Shown here one piece after another: positions 38,238-51,781 of a DNA stretch of 64,000 nt. Each line of letters opens with the position of its first letter. Position 1 is the stretch's first letter. A program made the translations under genes and the position numbers. Source of the stretch: Atractiella rhizophila. Lineage: Eukaryota. The notes under the pieces are model-generated. The model searched no databases, was not told where the DNA came from, and saw nothing but the letters and a program-made list of their open reading frames with translations. The DNA lies in contig MU271395.1 of NCBI GenBank assembly GCA_021432655.1, positions 1-64,000 on the forward strand, in the 5' to 3' direction.

Positions 38238-40632
38238 CTAGAGGCAGTCTAAGACCTGCGAGGAGATTGTCGTAGAGGCTAAGTGGCAAGTCAAAACGAG
38301 AGGCACTTTGTAAAGAAGGCTCACAGTGTGAATGGGAGAACGAGTCTTTGCCGGAGTCTTTCCGGCAGCAGTCTTTTTGTTGCCAGTTTTACTGGGTGCT
38401 TTGCCCACTGTCTTCCCCGCCGTCTTTCCGCTCGTCTTTCCCGCTGTCTTTCCTTTCCCTTTTCCTTTTCCTTTTGCGTCATCCTCTCCACACTTCTTCC
38501 CTCCTTTGGGTTTTACATGAAACAAGCCGCTAATCGGCAGGTTAGTCATTATAAATATTGTGAAAGAAAGCTTACCAAGCGTCGACGAGGATGTTCATGA
38601 TTCGATAGTCCTCATCAATATCCATGCGTCCACATGGAGGTCCGTCATCTTCTCCGTTGAAGTGCTTTCGAATATCGCTAGGTTTCTTTGTACCTTCCGG
38701 CACACGGCGAAAGCTTCCATCACGTCCTAGGTACGCCCTCGTAGTCGCTTCGAACTGCCGACATCCACGCCTCGTGGAGCAGTTGGGTCGACGAGCAAGT
38801 TGTCCCCTCAGCCAGACGTTGGCATTGTTGAGTGGATTGATTTTTTGGGCATTCTCCGGTTTCATCGACTTTTTTCGAAGGTAAACCTGATCGAAACGCT
38901 CAGGCCGGAGGCGAACAAACAGCGTGTTGGCACCGTCGGAAAAGATGTTGGTCTGTCGATTGTCGAACTCAGCGTGCAATTGGGTGACCTGGGCGACATC
39001 TTCCACCAGTTCGCACATGGGTGGGTATCGCTCCCTCATTGCCTCATCTTCGTGAAATCTCCGAGCTCGGTAGATGGGATAATATGAGGGATCTTGTGGC
39101 ATGGCGAATAGAACGGATCCTTCCTTTGGTGTATGCTGGTAATAGATGGGCTTGGACTTGTCAGTGGTGAGAGGAAGGACGGTGTCAGGATGAGCGAACT
39201 CCGATAGCACGTCATCCTCCTGTATCCCTAATCAGACGTGCCAGCAAGCAACCAAAGCCTAAAATTCACGTTTGCTATCCAATCAGGGGCTGGTAAGATA
39301 TTCAAAGCATTCTGTTCCCATCCTCCCGTTTTTGTGGTATTGGGAGCGATTTGGGATGTTAGGGGATAGGAAAGAGGATTTGAGGCCAGCTGCTGAGCTT
39401 TAGTGTTCGACAGTTGTAAGGAGGCTGTTGTGTCAAGAGATGTCGACCTAGTGATTGGAGGAGCGAACGATCGCTCTTGCTTGCAGGGTGAAGCTAAGCA
39501 CGGGCGCAGCATAAGTGTGGGAGCACCCAAGGCAGTTGGTTGGGATTCACCAAATCTGGGAGAGGGAGTTTCGCATGGGGTTTGTTCTCGGGAGGAGAGA
39601 AGCTCTTGTTTGCAAGGTGACACTGAGAAAACGATCAGTCGCAAAGCAATACCAAAAACACAGCATGCGAACCAATCGCTTCATCCTCCTCGTCCTCCGA
39701 GGACGATTTGTCTTCGGCCAGCTCTGGGGTTGTCCCTTCGGTGATGCCCAAGCTGCTCAAACTCTCCAGCCGGAAAATTTCTAGTTGAGCGTAAAGGGGC
39801 ATTCGCTTCAGCATAATCTCGTACACCGCAACGGCACCGTCTGATGGGAGCGTTAGTAATTCAGGGGGAATGTAGCAGGGAAAGACCGACATTGTCGAAA
39901 AATATTAAGTAGCCCTTCCTCAACCTTCAGGACCTCCTTGCCCAAGTCTACCCCATTGTTCAGTATGGATAACAAGCAGAAGGTGATGATAAACTCACGA
40001 AAGCAAACTTCCTGAGATAGTTTCCCCTTGCGAGCCGTGCGTTTAAGATAACCCATCATCTGCTGAAGGGCTACGAAATTTGAGTGAAAGAAGGACAGGC
40101 GACAAATCCACATACCTTGAATAGAGGTAGCGTCCTCTTCGTAGGTTACGAACTCCTCTTCGTCGTTTTGACGTGATCTCAAGAACTCTTCCTTGACTGC
40201 ACGGTAGTCTGAGTAGTGTATGAGAGATAGAAATGACTGGGCACCTCGAATGGTTTCATTGACAGACAACTCCTCCGTTGTTCCCGTTGCGTTCTCGATC
40301 GAGTCCATGCAAGCGTCTAGAAAATAGTCAAGGTCGTGTTCGTCCATCGGTGACTTACCATGAGAATGATATTCGCTGGCAGGAGATGCTTCCTCCTGGA
40401 GGAATCCATTTCCTTCATTCCACGAGGATAGCCCCGCGCGTCCGAGAGGTATAGGGGGTTCATCGTGATCGAATTTGAGGTATTTACACAACTCCCCGTC
40501 TGACACAATACAATCTAAGCAGATGGGACGACGGTGCGACGTGAATTTACCTTCAGGTTGCGTTGGCCCTGATTCAGGGCTCATATTTTCATCAAAGTCC
40601 ATGGGCTGTTCCATAACCAGCTGATCTGCCAT
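38238..40632 (-). CDS. Multi-exon orphan protein with a Lys/Gly/Thr-rich basic C-terminal tail
   Basis: Colinear minus-strand ORFs 39853-40632, 39635-39892, 39228-39644, 38572-39210 and 38238-38549 are separated by intron-like spacers. The tail reads KGKGKGKGKTAGKTSGKTAGKTVGK. Confidence 0.6.
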
Positions 40633-41485
40633 TTAAATGGCCGCTGGCCCGGAAAAGTCAGTTGACACGCTAAAAGAACCCATCTGTAGTTCTGAAGAAG
40701 TAAGGGAGATAGTGTGATGTCTATTATCTCCCGTTCCCACTCCTTGGAACTTGATTTGATAACATGTATCTCTGACACTCAACTTCCTATGCTTTGTTGA
40801 AACTTGGCTGTGAAACTGTGAATCACAAGTGCGGAGTGTAGTTCCGTCACAATCACCAACTGTCCAACGGAGGAAATGACCTGGCATTCAAATAACCCAA
40901 AGGAACAACAATCGAAGATATGTGACTCGCCCCTCAAAAGCGTACAGCGATTCTTTTGATCAACGCCTTGTTCTGGCATGAAGGCATTTGGTTGCACCAA
41001 ATCTGCAGGATCAAATTTGAGAGTGATTTGGGACTATGCTCCAATGTTTCCTTTCTCGAAACGCAGAAACAGAAGAAACAGACTGCCCTAGCGCGGCTCC
41101 GCGCATGCGAGTCAGGCACAACAGGGATCATGATAACGCGTTGGCAGGTTTCTGCTCGCGAAAGGAAAGAAAGACACTCACCTTTGGGTATTATGTGTCC
41201 TCCAGACCCCCAAAATGCCCAAAAACCACGAAGCTGTGGTCGTTTTTTGAACGCCTCGTTGTAGAAGACGGCGCTTGACATTCGGAATGCGCTCAATCCT
41301 TATGAAGTTAATATTTGGGTTCCGAAACTTTGGAAGCACTACGCGACCTACGATTGTTCCTGTTTCTCCTGCTGATTTGGAAGGCTCGTTGCAGCACCTT
41401 ATATTTTTTTTGGCCTTTACTCGTTATCGGGAAGCTCCTTACGAGCAGGCTTGTTACGCTATTCTTACGCATCAAGAAGTTACCA

Positions 41486-44400
41486 TGCCTACAAAACCCT
41501 TGCCACCTAAAGACGCGGAGAGGCCGAAAAAGTCTGGTCTTGGGAAGTCTACAACGACAACAGAGCAGAGGACTGGCATTAGTGAGGTGGAGGAGCCAAC
41601 AACTGGTGAGCACGTCTCAAAGCCGAAGAAAAAGAAGCAAAAAAGCAAGATTGGGACCGTGGACGAAGAGGGAGATGTGACCATTTCAGTCGAGCCGGCA
41701 GCTGAGATCAAGCCAATGGGCGATGCTGTCGAGTCTGCTAAAGATCTGGAGCCAACAAGGAAGAAGAAGAAAAAGCGTACGAAGAAACGTGCTCAGAATG
41801 AGGACGCTGCCAACGACACCGTCGCTCCTTCCGCTGAAGGAGAACTTCTGAAGCGACAACGCCGGAAAGCAAAGAAAAGCAAACAGGTTCAGGACGTTGA
41901 AGTGACAGAAGAGCTCACGCTTGCTGATGAAGATCTCTCCGTACAAATTGAGGAGCCCGCAGAACCAGCTTACGAGGACGCAAAAGCAGTTGGACGACGT
42001 GCGAAGCAGAAGGCTGCCAGATTGGGTGACCAGCGCGGCGTATGGGATATCAGTGACGACGAAGGAGGTGTAGAAGAGGAAGTGGAACTGGAGAGGGAGG
42101 CGCGGAAGACGATAGAATGGGAATCGATCACTTTGCTGGGTGGCGCGAGAGAGAAGGAGCGGACGAACAAGATCGAGGTCGAAATTTCAGAGGATGGAAG
42201 GTGCGCTTTTCACCTCGACGAGGTTTTCTTTGCTCACTCGCCGGCATTAGATTCGTCTTCCATCCTGTTGCGTCGATCATACACATATACTCGTTACCTG
42301 ATCTAACCCCTGTCTCTGTGCTGTTTCCTCCAACATCTCCTTCGTCAGGCTCTCAAACTGTCCTTCCGCCAGCCTCGCCAGGAGAAGTCACTTCCCTTTC
42401 TCTGCACCCACAAAATCCGCTGCAACTCCTTGTTGGATACTCCTCAGGCTTTATTTTCGTCTGGGATTGGGTGGATGGAACGGTTTTGAACGTGATTGAT
42501 GTTCACATAGTGCTTCCAATAGAAGAGCAGGAGCAGAAGAAGCTGAAGAAGGGGAAAACGAGATGGGACGTCCTCATACCTCGGGATTCGCTTGGCAAGC
42601 TCAAGAACCAGATTGTTTTCGGAGCCACCGAGGTTTCCACTCGAAAGTCTGAAGTCCAACGATCTTTCGTAGCCATTATATCCACCTCTCAACCTCTCGC
42701 TCCCTACTCCAAGGGCGATAAGGGCCGATCATCGCTCCTCTTCAAGCTCGGCCCTGACTGTGCGGTGAAGGCACTATGTCACTCTCGCTCGCACACAGTC
42801 GTCATGACCACATCCTCAATCGTCGTCCTCCGTCCAGGTAAAAAACTGCACTTTACAGCACACCTGGCCAGTCCAGGCGTCGGTCGACCATCGTCTCTGT
42901 CAGTCTCTCGATCCGGTGATGAGTCCACCGTCGAAAGGAGCCTCAGCATCGCTGTGTCCGATTCTCAGGGCAAGATTCACGTGCTGAACTTTGACATACC
43001 AACATACGCTCGTTTCTCAGAGAAGATTTCCGTGCCTTCTCGTGGGCTGCATTGGCATGCTCATGCTTGCAAACTTGCCCCAACCTTCAACGAGACTTCT
43101 GGCCTCTTATCAATTGGAGAAGAAGCAGTGCTCGTGAAATGGCCACTTAATCCAAACAACTTTGACCATCGAGAATATGTTCCACGACTGGGAGGTGAAG
43201 GTGCCTGGATTCGGGGTAGCTCGAGAGTATACATAGGAGCGAATAAGGACCAGTCAACTGAGATCGTCCTTGGCCTCGAAGATGGAAGTGTAATTTGGCT
43301 TGCAGATCGCAGAGTGGTACGACGCCTTGGAGGCGTCAAACTGAGTATGTTTTTTCTTCTCGTCCTACTCTCAAATCTGAAGCTGCCACAGTTGCAAAGT
43401 CAGCATGCCCAAGCGTGCCGTTAGCTCTGCATCAGTCGACTTCGACGCTGATCTTCCCCTCGTCAAACACCTCAGCGCTTCAATTCTTCTCTCCCTCCCT
43501 TAACTCGAATCTATACGAGCTCAGTGTTGCACCAACTAATCGCGTTACCCGCCGCGACGAAGACGATATCACGGAAACGGTTGTGGAACACGTCGCTATC
43601 AGTCAAGAGATGGATCTCAAGAAGGAAACCGGCGTTCGGTGGCTTGCAACTATGGAGAGGTGGCAGGATAGGGAGGATAGATTTAGTGAAGAGGCGTCTC
43701 TGAAGTTCTGGAAAGTCAAGGGTAACTCCTTTGAGTGCGTTTACAATATATCTGTTGTCTACAACACTGATCGGTGTCCAGGTTCCGTGTTAACACTCGT
43801 GTGGATAATCCACACAAAGGTCCGCTGACGTCCCTCTCATTCTCTCGGCCAATCCGTTTGGAATTTGCCTCCAACACGGACTCTGCTCCGCTCCTGCTTA
43901 CCACCGCAGAAGGCGGCGAGATCAAGTTGTGGGCATTAGACGGGAACAACCGAAGTACGTCTGATCTCGATATCATTGTCATTTTAAGCGTTATACAGGT
44001 GCGAGCTGGCGCTGTCGTGCCTCCTTCACTCATAGAAGTCTGCCGGCACTTGGGTCTGCATTCTCTGATGACAGCACCCTCTTCGCTGTTGCTCATGGAG
44101 TCACGGTCACAATCTGGGACAGCGTTACGAACGCGCTCGTAAAGAGCCTACCGACCGCAGGAGTGATTGCTCGCAATGTTAAGTTCGTAGGAAAAGATAA
44201 TCTGACCTTAGTTGCTGGTGGAGAGACTGGGGCACTGGGATGGGATCTAAGGACGTGGGAACGTGAGATCCTTTCCTCCGTTGCCTCCTTGGTTGACTAT
44301 TGACGTCTGGCTGGAACAGCAATTTGGACTTCGTTTGACCCAGTTACCTCAATTATAGTGCCTTCGGTCCCTTCTCCCCTCTTTGTCCTCCTGTCCACGG

Positions 44401-45068
44401 ATGCGTCCAAGCAAACACGTACCAAAATCAAGTTAATTCGCGTCACGTCCGAGCCATCCTTCGATATCCGAAAATTTAGCCATCCGCAATCTATCAAGTC
44501 AGCCCTCGTCTATTCCTTCGATCCAACAACGTATGCTTTGGTGCTCGCATGCATCACGACCTCAGGAGACCTAGTGATGCTGGGTGAGGACGTGAAGAAA
44601 AACATGTTAAATGTCACAACCCAGTCCCTATCTTCTATCTCTACCTCGAAACCCCAACAGCGGAGCTTGTTCGAGGATCTTTTTGGGGCAGAGCTCACGG
44701 CAACGAGAGAGGAGATGGTCGATGTGCCGGATGCGAAAGGTTGGAGAGACCTCAAGGAGAAGAAGGAGAGGGAAGAGCGGGCACTTCAGCTCCTTGAGAC
44801 TCCAGCACACCTGCTACCGCCTGTCACGATGTGGTGGAGGACGTTGTTGGATGCCAGTTTACCCAATGTGGAAGATGAAAAGGAAGAGCAGGCGAAGGTA
44901 GAGCAAATGGAGGTAGATGAGGACGTGCCGGTCGAAGAGCAAGAAAAGGATAAGGAGAGGATGGAGGTTGTTGTGGAAAGGACGGAAGAGGATAGAAAGG
45001 AGATGGATGCATTGATCAAGCGGATCGTTGCTATTCAAATGTCAAAAGGGGGAAAGATTCAGGTGTAA
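41486..45068 (+). CDS. UTP17: SSU processome WD40 protein Utp17/Nan1/WDR75 with a Lys/Glu-rich N-terminal extension
   Basis: LHWHAHA, SIGEEAVLVKW, YVPRLG, LQFFSP..ELSVAPTNRV, LKFWK..NTRVDNPHKG, SLFEDLFG and PAHLLPPV. Confidence 0.85.
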
Positions 45069-45212
45069 ACTGTAGACAGTGAGCCTGAAAGAGTCAGATA
45101 CCATTACACAATCCTATCACAAATGATAGCGCTACAAGGAAACAACGTCCGTGAAAATACTGAGAGAACCATCCTGATGTGAGGTACTGCGAATGTTTGA
45201 CATGTGTACTTG

Positions 45213-46332
45213 CTACTCAAGAATCCATGATCTGGCAATTCCGCTCCCTCCGGTCTCCGGGTGCAGCAGTACGTTCGCTAACCAGAAAGCCAGTCCTTTC
45301 CGCCTTTTCTCCAGGAATGAGGTGTTGTATTTTGCTGTAACAAGAGCTCAATAGGCAGATTTGGCAGGCAGAGTAAGGAAGACTTACCGACAACCGTCTT
45401 CGGTGGAAGCTTGGGCATTATATTCCTTAGATAGGGAAAGGCAATCTTCAATGCTTCCTTAAGGACCACAAAAGAGGAATAGCGCTTCATAGTTCGGAAA
45501 GAGATATTCTATCAATTCAAGGCCATCAGGTCTTAGATCCAATAAGAAGTCTGAATGAAGACTCACATCCTTAGTGATTATTATGCACTCGTACACGACG
45601 TATCCGTCTGCGTTCTGTTTGCCTACGAAAAAGAACCGCGGGATGGTGACTTTGGTGGCGAAAGAGCATGTCTCGCGTTCAGAGACGTCTGAAATGTGAA
45701 TTCCAAACTGCAATTCAATTTCCAAGGCGGCACATTAGTAACAAACTTTGCGAAAGGGAAGGGGACCAACAGCTGAAGATCGCACTGAGGTATTCGACCG
45801 CACAGACGGCGGACGCACTTTGTACAGCTCTTCCTGTCCAATAAATGCTTCTTCTCAATACCACACATCTTACAAGTGAGGACAGAAAAGCGAACCTCGG
45901 TTTCGAATTCTTCAACTTCTAACACAGGCGGAGGTGAACTTTCCGCATCCTCCTCGTCCTCAACTCCCACATCGCTCCCTCCGTCACTTGCCATCCTCCT
46001 CAGCTGTCCATTGCCAATAAACGGAGATAGAGAATCCAGACTTGTTACTGTTGAACTGAGAGAAGTAATTGCATCGGAAAGGACGGAGGAGTGGTCGGAT
46101 ACGATGACAGTGGTCGGAGATGTAGGTGCAATGGATATGTAGCTTTTAGGATCTTCTACTCTGATAGATGACGACGTAGAAGGCTCAGAGGTATGCCACT
46201 CTTGTAAATCCGGATGTTGGTCAAGGTATTCTTTGAGCCTGTTATGGAAAGGCGAGATGAGCAAAGAGAGCGACGGTGATGGGAGACTAACTTCTGTCGC
46301 TCTGTAAGCGTGTTGCTTCGGCTAGCTAGCAT
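45213..46332 (-). CDS. YPT35: PX domain protein, Ypt35-like
   Basis: C-terminal PX domain: FATKVTIP..GYVVYECIIITK, KRYSSFVVLKEALK, PKLPPK..FLEKRRKGLAFWLANVLLHPETGG. The start is tentative. Confidence 0.75.
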
Positions 46333-47055
46333 TCTGCCCAAGCTACCTATAGTACTGACGATAACCGGGACTCAAAAATTGAAGTAATTGAGGTATTTGC
46401 ACTCGTTTATGTGTGGTGATCTCAGAATTTGGAAATGGATGATCGAGTTGTCGGCTTTTACCTGTCATGGAAAAGTATTGCGGATTTCTATGTGGCTAGC
46501 ATCATTTTTCAATTGCCCAACCAACTCTACATCCTGATCGATGGACAGCGATGGATGGGCAATCTGTGTCCCTGCAGCTCTTATCTACCCTCTAAAATGA
46601 TGATACAACATCAGAGGGTAGTAGTAGATTGAAAGTCCACTTTGGCCTCCTTGATTGACTTTACGATTTTGTGATGGGGCTGGAAACCGAAGACTCTCCG
46701 GTGCTCTCAGCGCGCAGGACGAGGATGTTGTCGCCCAATATGTCAGGTACCGAGTTATTCCAAGAACAGGGCTATATTCCAACTACATTCACGCTGCACT
46801 CTCCCATTTCCTTGCAAGACAGTTCAGTTCAAATCGGATCCATAGTATGCTTCCAGGACCAGTTCGATGATCGGTGGCTGCTGCAAATATCATCTGCACA
46901 TCTGCGGTGCAGGCCCAGGCCAGTCTCCATGTTTTCTGTCATTTTCAATTCCGGCCATGGTAGCCGGATAGCACACTTGTCTCATTCTTCTGTTCATGGT
47001 AACGCTTAACATTGACTATACGAACTATGTCCTGTAATTTTACAATTTCAACTAA

Positions 47056-48033
47056 TCACAATCCATATTTCGTCGTAAACCCCAAAATTTCCTGGCCAAT
47101 TTCTTCTGCATGCGTTTCAAGCGCAAAATGGCCTGTTTCCAACAGCTTGACTTCCACATTCTTCGAGTCCTTCTTGTATGCTTCCGCTCCAGGGGGTAGG
47201 AAGAAAGGGTCACCGTTACCCCAGACCGCGAGAATGGGCACATTACTGCTCCTAAAGTAGTCGTGAAATTTAGGGTAGAGCTTGAGGTTGTTCTGATAGT
47301 CGTAAAACAAGTCGAGTTGGATCTTCTCTTGCCCCGGTCGCTCCATCAGCGCTTGATCTAGCCAATACGCCTCTGGCTGAATAGTCGAAACGAGAGCAGA
47401 AGGGACACCTTGTTCGTACTGATATTTCGTAGTCTCGAACGCCGTCAGTTTCTTTCCTAGCGCCTCGCGTACTTCGGCACCATTTGTCTCCCAGAGAGGT
47501 TTCAGGGAATCCCAGAATTCAGAGAGACCTATGAAATCACATTCCTTCAATGAGTTATGACCGTTGCAGATTGCAGCCGTACCTTCGTTATACGCGTTTC
47601 CGTTCTGCGTCACTATGCCCAACACGTCCCCGGGCCTTTTCAACGCAATCCTCAACCCTACTGGTGCGCCGTAGTCGAAAATATAAAGAAGGAATTTATT
47701 GATTTCCAACTTTTGCAAAAAGGTTCCAATGGTTTCCGCCAGTGCGTCGAAGGTGTAAACGTAGGAGGAAGGCACAGTCGTGAACCCAAAACCCGGCAGG
47801 TCTGGCGCAACAACGTAATATTTTTCTGCTAAGATACCTATGAGATGCCTATATTGGTGCGAGGACCTAGAAGTTTCGTTCAAGATCATTTTGCTTGTAT
47901 TCTCACTGATCACTCACGTTGGAAAGCCATGAAGAAGCAAGAAGGTAGGATTAGAGGGATTGCCCGCCTTGCGGTAGAACACTTCCGTATCAGGGGACAC
48001 AGGAACTCTGTGGACTGTAGTTACTGGTGCCAT
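47056..48033 (-). CDS. Alpha/beta hydrolase (epoxide hydrolase/haloalkane dehalogenase-like)
   Basis: Spliced LLHGFPTSSHQYR, APDLPGFGFT, nucleophile elbow YIFDYGAPVG, QNGNAY, WGNGDPFF and catalytic His in TGHFALETH. Confidence 0.92.
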
Positions 48034-48432
48034 CGTTCCTCAATACTTGCGATATATTTTGCTTGATGTCGGGAGTGTTTCAGTTTGTGCGGAACCCATC
48101 CATGCTTCCTCTTTTATAGCCTCAGGCTGCCCAGCATATCCTGTGTTGTCGCAGGGAACACTCTGTACTCCATCTCTATTCACTTCCTCTTCCACTACTC
48201 ACCTTTCCTCGGTGACAATTGCGGGAACGGGATGAGTCAGCGGCTGAGAACTTCGCTCTCCTCAATTGGCGCTGAGAGGTTGCAGCAGTACCTTTAAGTT
48301 CTTCGGCTGTTGGTCAATGTTGGTCGCTCCACACTCTTTGCATACGCTGGATTAAAGAGAGACCAGTTCGTCAAGCAAGAGATCGCGACAGTTACTGTTT
48401 TTGGTGATCGGTGTGCGGGAGGCATTCCGAGC

Positions 48433-49095
48433 GGTCACTGTTCTGGGTTACCCTACACTTCATTGAGCTTCATCGATGCTTCATCTTCATCTTCAGACTT
48501 GACCTCAAAACTTCCAACTCCCGACCTCCCGCTTAATCTGCTAATCGATATGAATCGATGTCAAATGCCAAATCTTTCAATTCAGCCTGTTGGGATGGGG
48601 TGAAATGGATGAAGCATGAAGCAATTCAAATTGCATGTGCCCTCAGATTCTTCTGAGCTTCGACCATTGGGCGGAGCAATTCACGTATTTCATGTCTGGC
48701 TGAATGTCTTTTAGCGCTCACCCCCGGGTTAAGGACTGGGTTATTCTGAAAGGCGTGTGGGTGAGGTCACTGTACTGGGTTACCTACACTTCATTGAGCT
48801 TCATCGACGCTTCATCGTCATCTTCAGACTTGACCTCAAAACTTCCAACTCCCGACCTCCCGCTTAATCTGCTAATCGATATGAATCGATGTCAAATGCC
48901 AAATCTTTCAATTCAGCCTGTAGGGATGGGATGAAATGGATGAAGCATGAAGCAATTCAAATTGCATGTGCCCTCAGATTCTTCTGAGCTTCGACCATTG
49001 CGCGGAGCAATTCACGTATTTCATGTCTGGCTGAATGTCTTTTAGCGCTCACACCCGGGTTAAGGACTGGGTTATTCTGAAAAGCGTGTGGGTGA
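48433..49095. repeat. Two-copy tandem repeat, ~332 bp (48433-48764 and 48765-49095)
   Basis: Both copies begin GGTCACTGT and end GTGTGGGTGA. About 9 differences were seen, including a 1-nt indel. Confidence 0.95.
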
Positions 49096-50548
49096 TGAGT
49101 CGAGCACTTTTGACATTGTTTGATAGGGATTACAGTAAGCTAAGTAATCCGAGGAGCAAACAGGAGACGCTGATTGTCATTTTTGGCCGCCATTTTGCTC
49201 TCAAGCAGATGAAAATGTCAAGATATCTAGAGTGCCCTCATTGCAGCAATGAAGGATCGTTTTCGGCCCTTGCCTGGGATCACCTTGATTCCTTCTGGTC
49301 TGTCTGGGCTGACTGCGCCATGGTGGCCAGACTGCGGTGACGTGAACGTTTCAAGCTTTCGCGCATGAGACTTTCAGAGCACCCTGACTGAAGGTTATGT
49401 GGTCTTTTTGAGTCGTTGAATGGTGCAGAGCTGGCGCACTGACTCTGAATTCATGAGCTGTTCTTTTGGTCTCGTTTCTTACTTTCCCTTCCATTTCCTC
49501 ATACGACATGTTGAACACCAACAGCGATGTGAATACAAAGGCTCTCATTGCGAATCTGAAAGATGCTCGATTTCAGATCGACCCCAAGTCAATGGTATTC
49601 GGGAGCGCCAGCTCCATTTTGGAAATACAGGTGATTGGAGGGAGATGGAAGATAGAAAATACCAAAATGAAGGAAGCACTGACAACAGCGGGAAAGGTGG
49701 CTCATTATCTCTTTCCCAGGCTTTCTCTCTCAAGGTCCTGGATCGTGATTACAATAATGATTGATGTGGCAGGGATGTGCGGAAAGAAATGAAATAGACG
49801 GAAGATACAGGAACTGTCCAACATTTTATGTTGGGGTGAAATGAAGTGCTAGTTTATCAGTTATCCGAGCACTTTCAACCCTTGGACCCCCCAAACCTAG
49901 CACAGTACTGACACCATAAAGGGTCACCTCCTCTTCGTCGCGACTGTTGCGACTGGGAGGTCTGGAAAAGAGTCCCAGCCCAGGATCACGGAGAGTCATC
50001 CGAGAACCTTATAGTATCTAGATCTGGCCTGGCCTGTGTTTCAATCAAAAAAGCCCGCGTCCACAGTCAAGGACCCTGTCTCAAGTCCCCAGTCTCCCTC
50101 AGCAAAACGACCAGCACAGAACACCTTTAGCTACGTCCAGCGCGTTCAACAAACTCCAAAGGTCTGGGGAGCGCAGGAAATTGTTCGACCGGTTTCCGTT
50201 TCCAAGTTTGAGAAGAAGACTCCGACGCGGACTTGGTTCCTCCCGAGCGCAAGTCTCAAGAGCGTAGAAAAATTCTAGGCTTCGGCTTCAAGATTGTTGC
50301 AGGCTGATTTTGGATCCTTTGATAGCGTTTAAGATTGGGCGTTGGTGAGTTGAACGCGCTTTCCGAACTTGTTTACGTTAGAAGGGGAGGAGTGTCGTTT
50401 CTTTCATCTTTCATCTGCCATCTGAAGTAGCCTGGAGCTGGACTTCAGCGTTCGATTATCTTTATCATCCTCTTTGCATCCTATGCAACTAGCTGCAGGT
50501 GACTGACTACCATTGATTCCCGTTATTCCTCACGTCTAGAACGACGAA

Positions 50549-51490
50549 ATGTCCATTCACAGCTCTCCGTCTTCCTCTTCTCTTCGAGGTGCCGAGAGTC
50601 AGAAATCGAAGAACGAGGAAGGAGAAGATCCAATGACCTCAAAGGATAACACTCTCAAAGCCTCTCAAGTTCGAAAGCTTTCCCTTGGGCCGAGTCCTCA
50701 ACCTCAACCTCTTCCTGCTCCCATCCAGTTTCGAAGCCTTCAACAAATTGATTTCGAAGAACCAGCTTCCTCTAGCGTTACCACCGTCAAGATGGCCATC
50801 GTGGACTCTCCCCAAAGTCTACCTCCCTCAGAACTACCCACGAGACCTACTTCGTTCGCAGACAGCCCTGTAACGGCTGAAGGCGCGACTGGAATATTGG
50901 ACCTCTATGATTTCAAATCAGAAGAGGGAGATCTAGCTGCTGAGATGGAAGGGCTTTGGGATAGGAGCATGGAGAATCAGGCTAACGTGGATGCAAGGGA
51001 GCATTCTGCTGCGGGTGAGCACCTGTTCACTTACGTTTTGTTGTGGCTGGAAAGGCTGGTCGTCTGAGCCGTTAGCATCCAATATCAGAAACCTCGCCAT
51101 TGGGGCTATTGCTATTTTGTCATTTGTCGTCCATAAGACGTTTCGAGCTTTTCTCGAGGCTTTGTTCGGCCCTTCTTTATGAATGCGCAGTTATATAGGG
51201 TCTAGGTCGGACTATCACTTGCACCTTGGCATTATCCTGCTTTTCTCAGTGCCGTGCCACCTCGCTTTCTGTTTTTGGCGTGTGACGGTGATGATGAAAG
51301 CATCAAAGAAAGAGGCAGTTCAAACCTACCCTCGATCACCGCTTGTGCATGTGAAGCGGGCGGGTTTGGTTCCGCAGTTCGGTGCGGAGGGAGGGAGACG
51401 AGTGTCGTGCGTTTGTCCGTCTCGGTTGTATCGAGGCGGAGGAGAGATGAAACCGACTCAAGGAGCGATCATGGTTTCCACGTTGAATGA
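50549..51490 (+). CDS. Hypothetical Ser/Pro-rich protein with a possible C-terminal hydrophobic segment
   Basis: ORF 50549-51067 is followed by ORF pieces with the hydrophobic stretch NLAIGAIAILSFVV. Exon structure is uncertain. Confidence 0.4.
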
Positions 51491-51781
51491 TTGATGACAA
51501 GTTGTAAAAAAAGCATGGCATAGAACAACGAAGAGGAGGATCTCATCCGAGGATCTGCACTCTTATGATATCCTTTGTCTCTACTTCCCTTTTCCTCCCC
51601 CTCCAGCTCCAAATCTGTTGAATACCCACAGAGCACCTTAATATCTTTCCGTTTTGTCTCGGTTCGGCAAGAAGGAACCTGGATGTTCTAACTCACTTGT
51701 CGTCAACTTGCAGGTCCCTACCAACAGGCTTCCTCTACGTCTCGAAGCAGTCCCACCCCCCAATTATCAGACCCTCATCGA

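Noticed and set aside
45715..45880. Cys-rich stretch CKMC..CTKC..C in the PX gene resembling a zinc finger
   Set aside because: It arises from intron read-through and the wrong frame. The spliced frame reads EELYKVRPPSVRSNTS.
47056..48033. Recent horizontal transfer of a bacterial-like hydrolase
   Set aside because: The gene has two spliceosomal introns and this subfamily is widespread in fungi. Recent transfer cannot be supported without a phylogeny.
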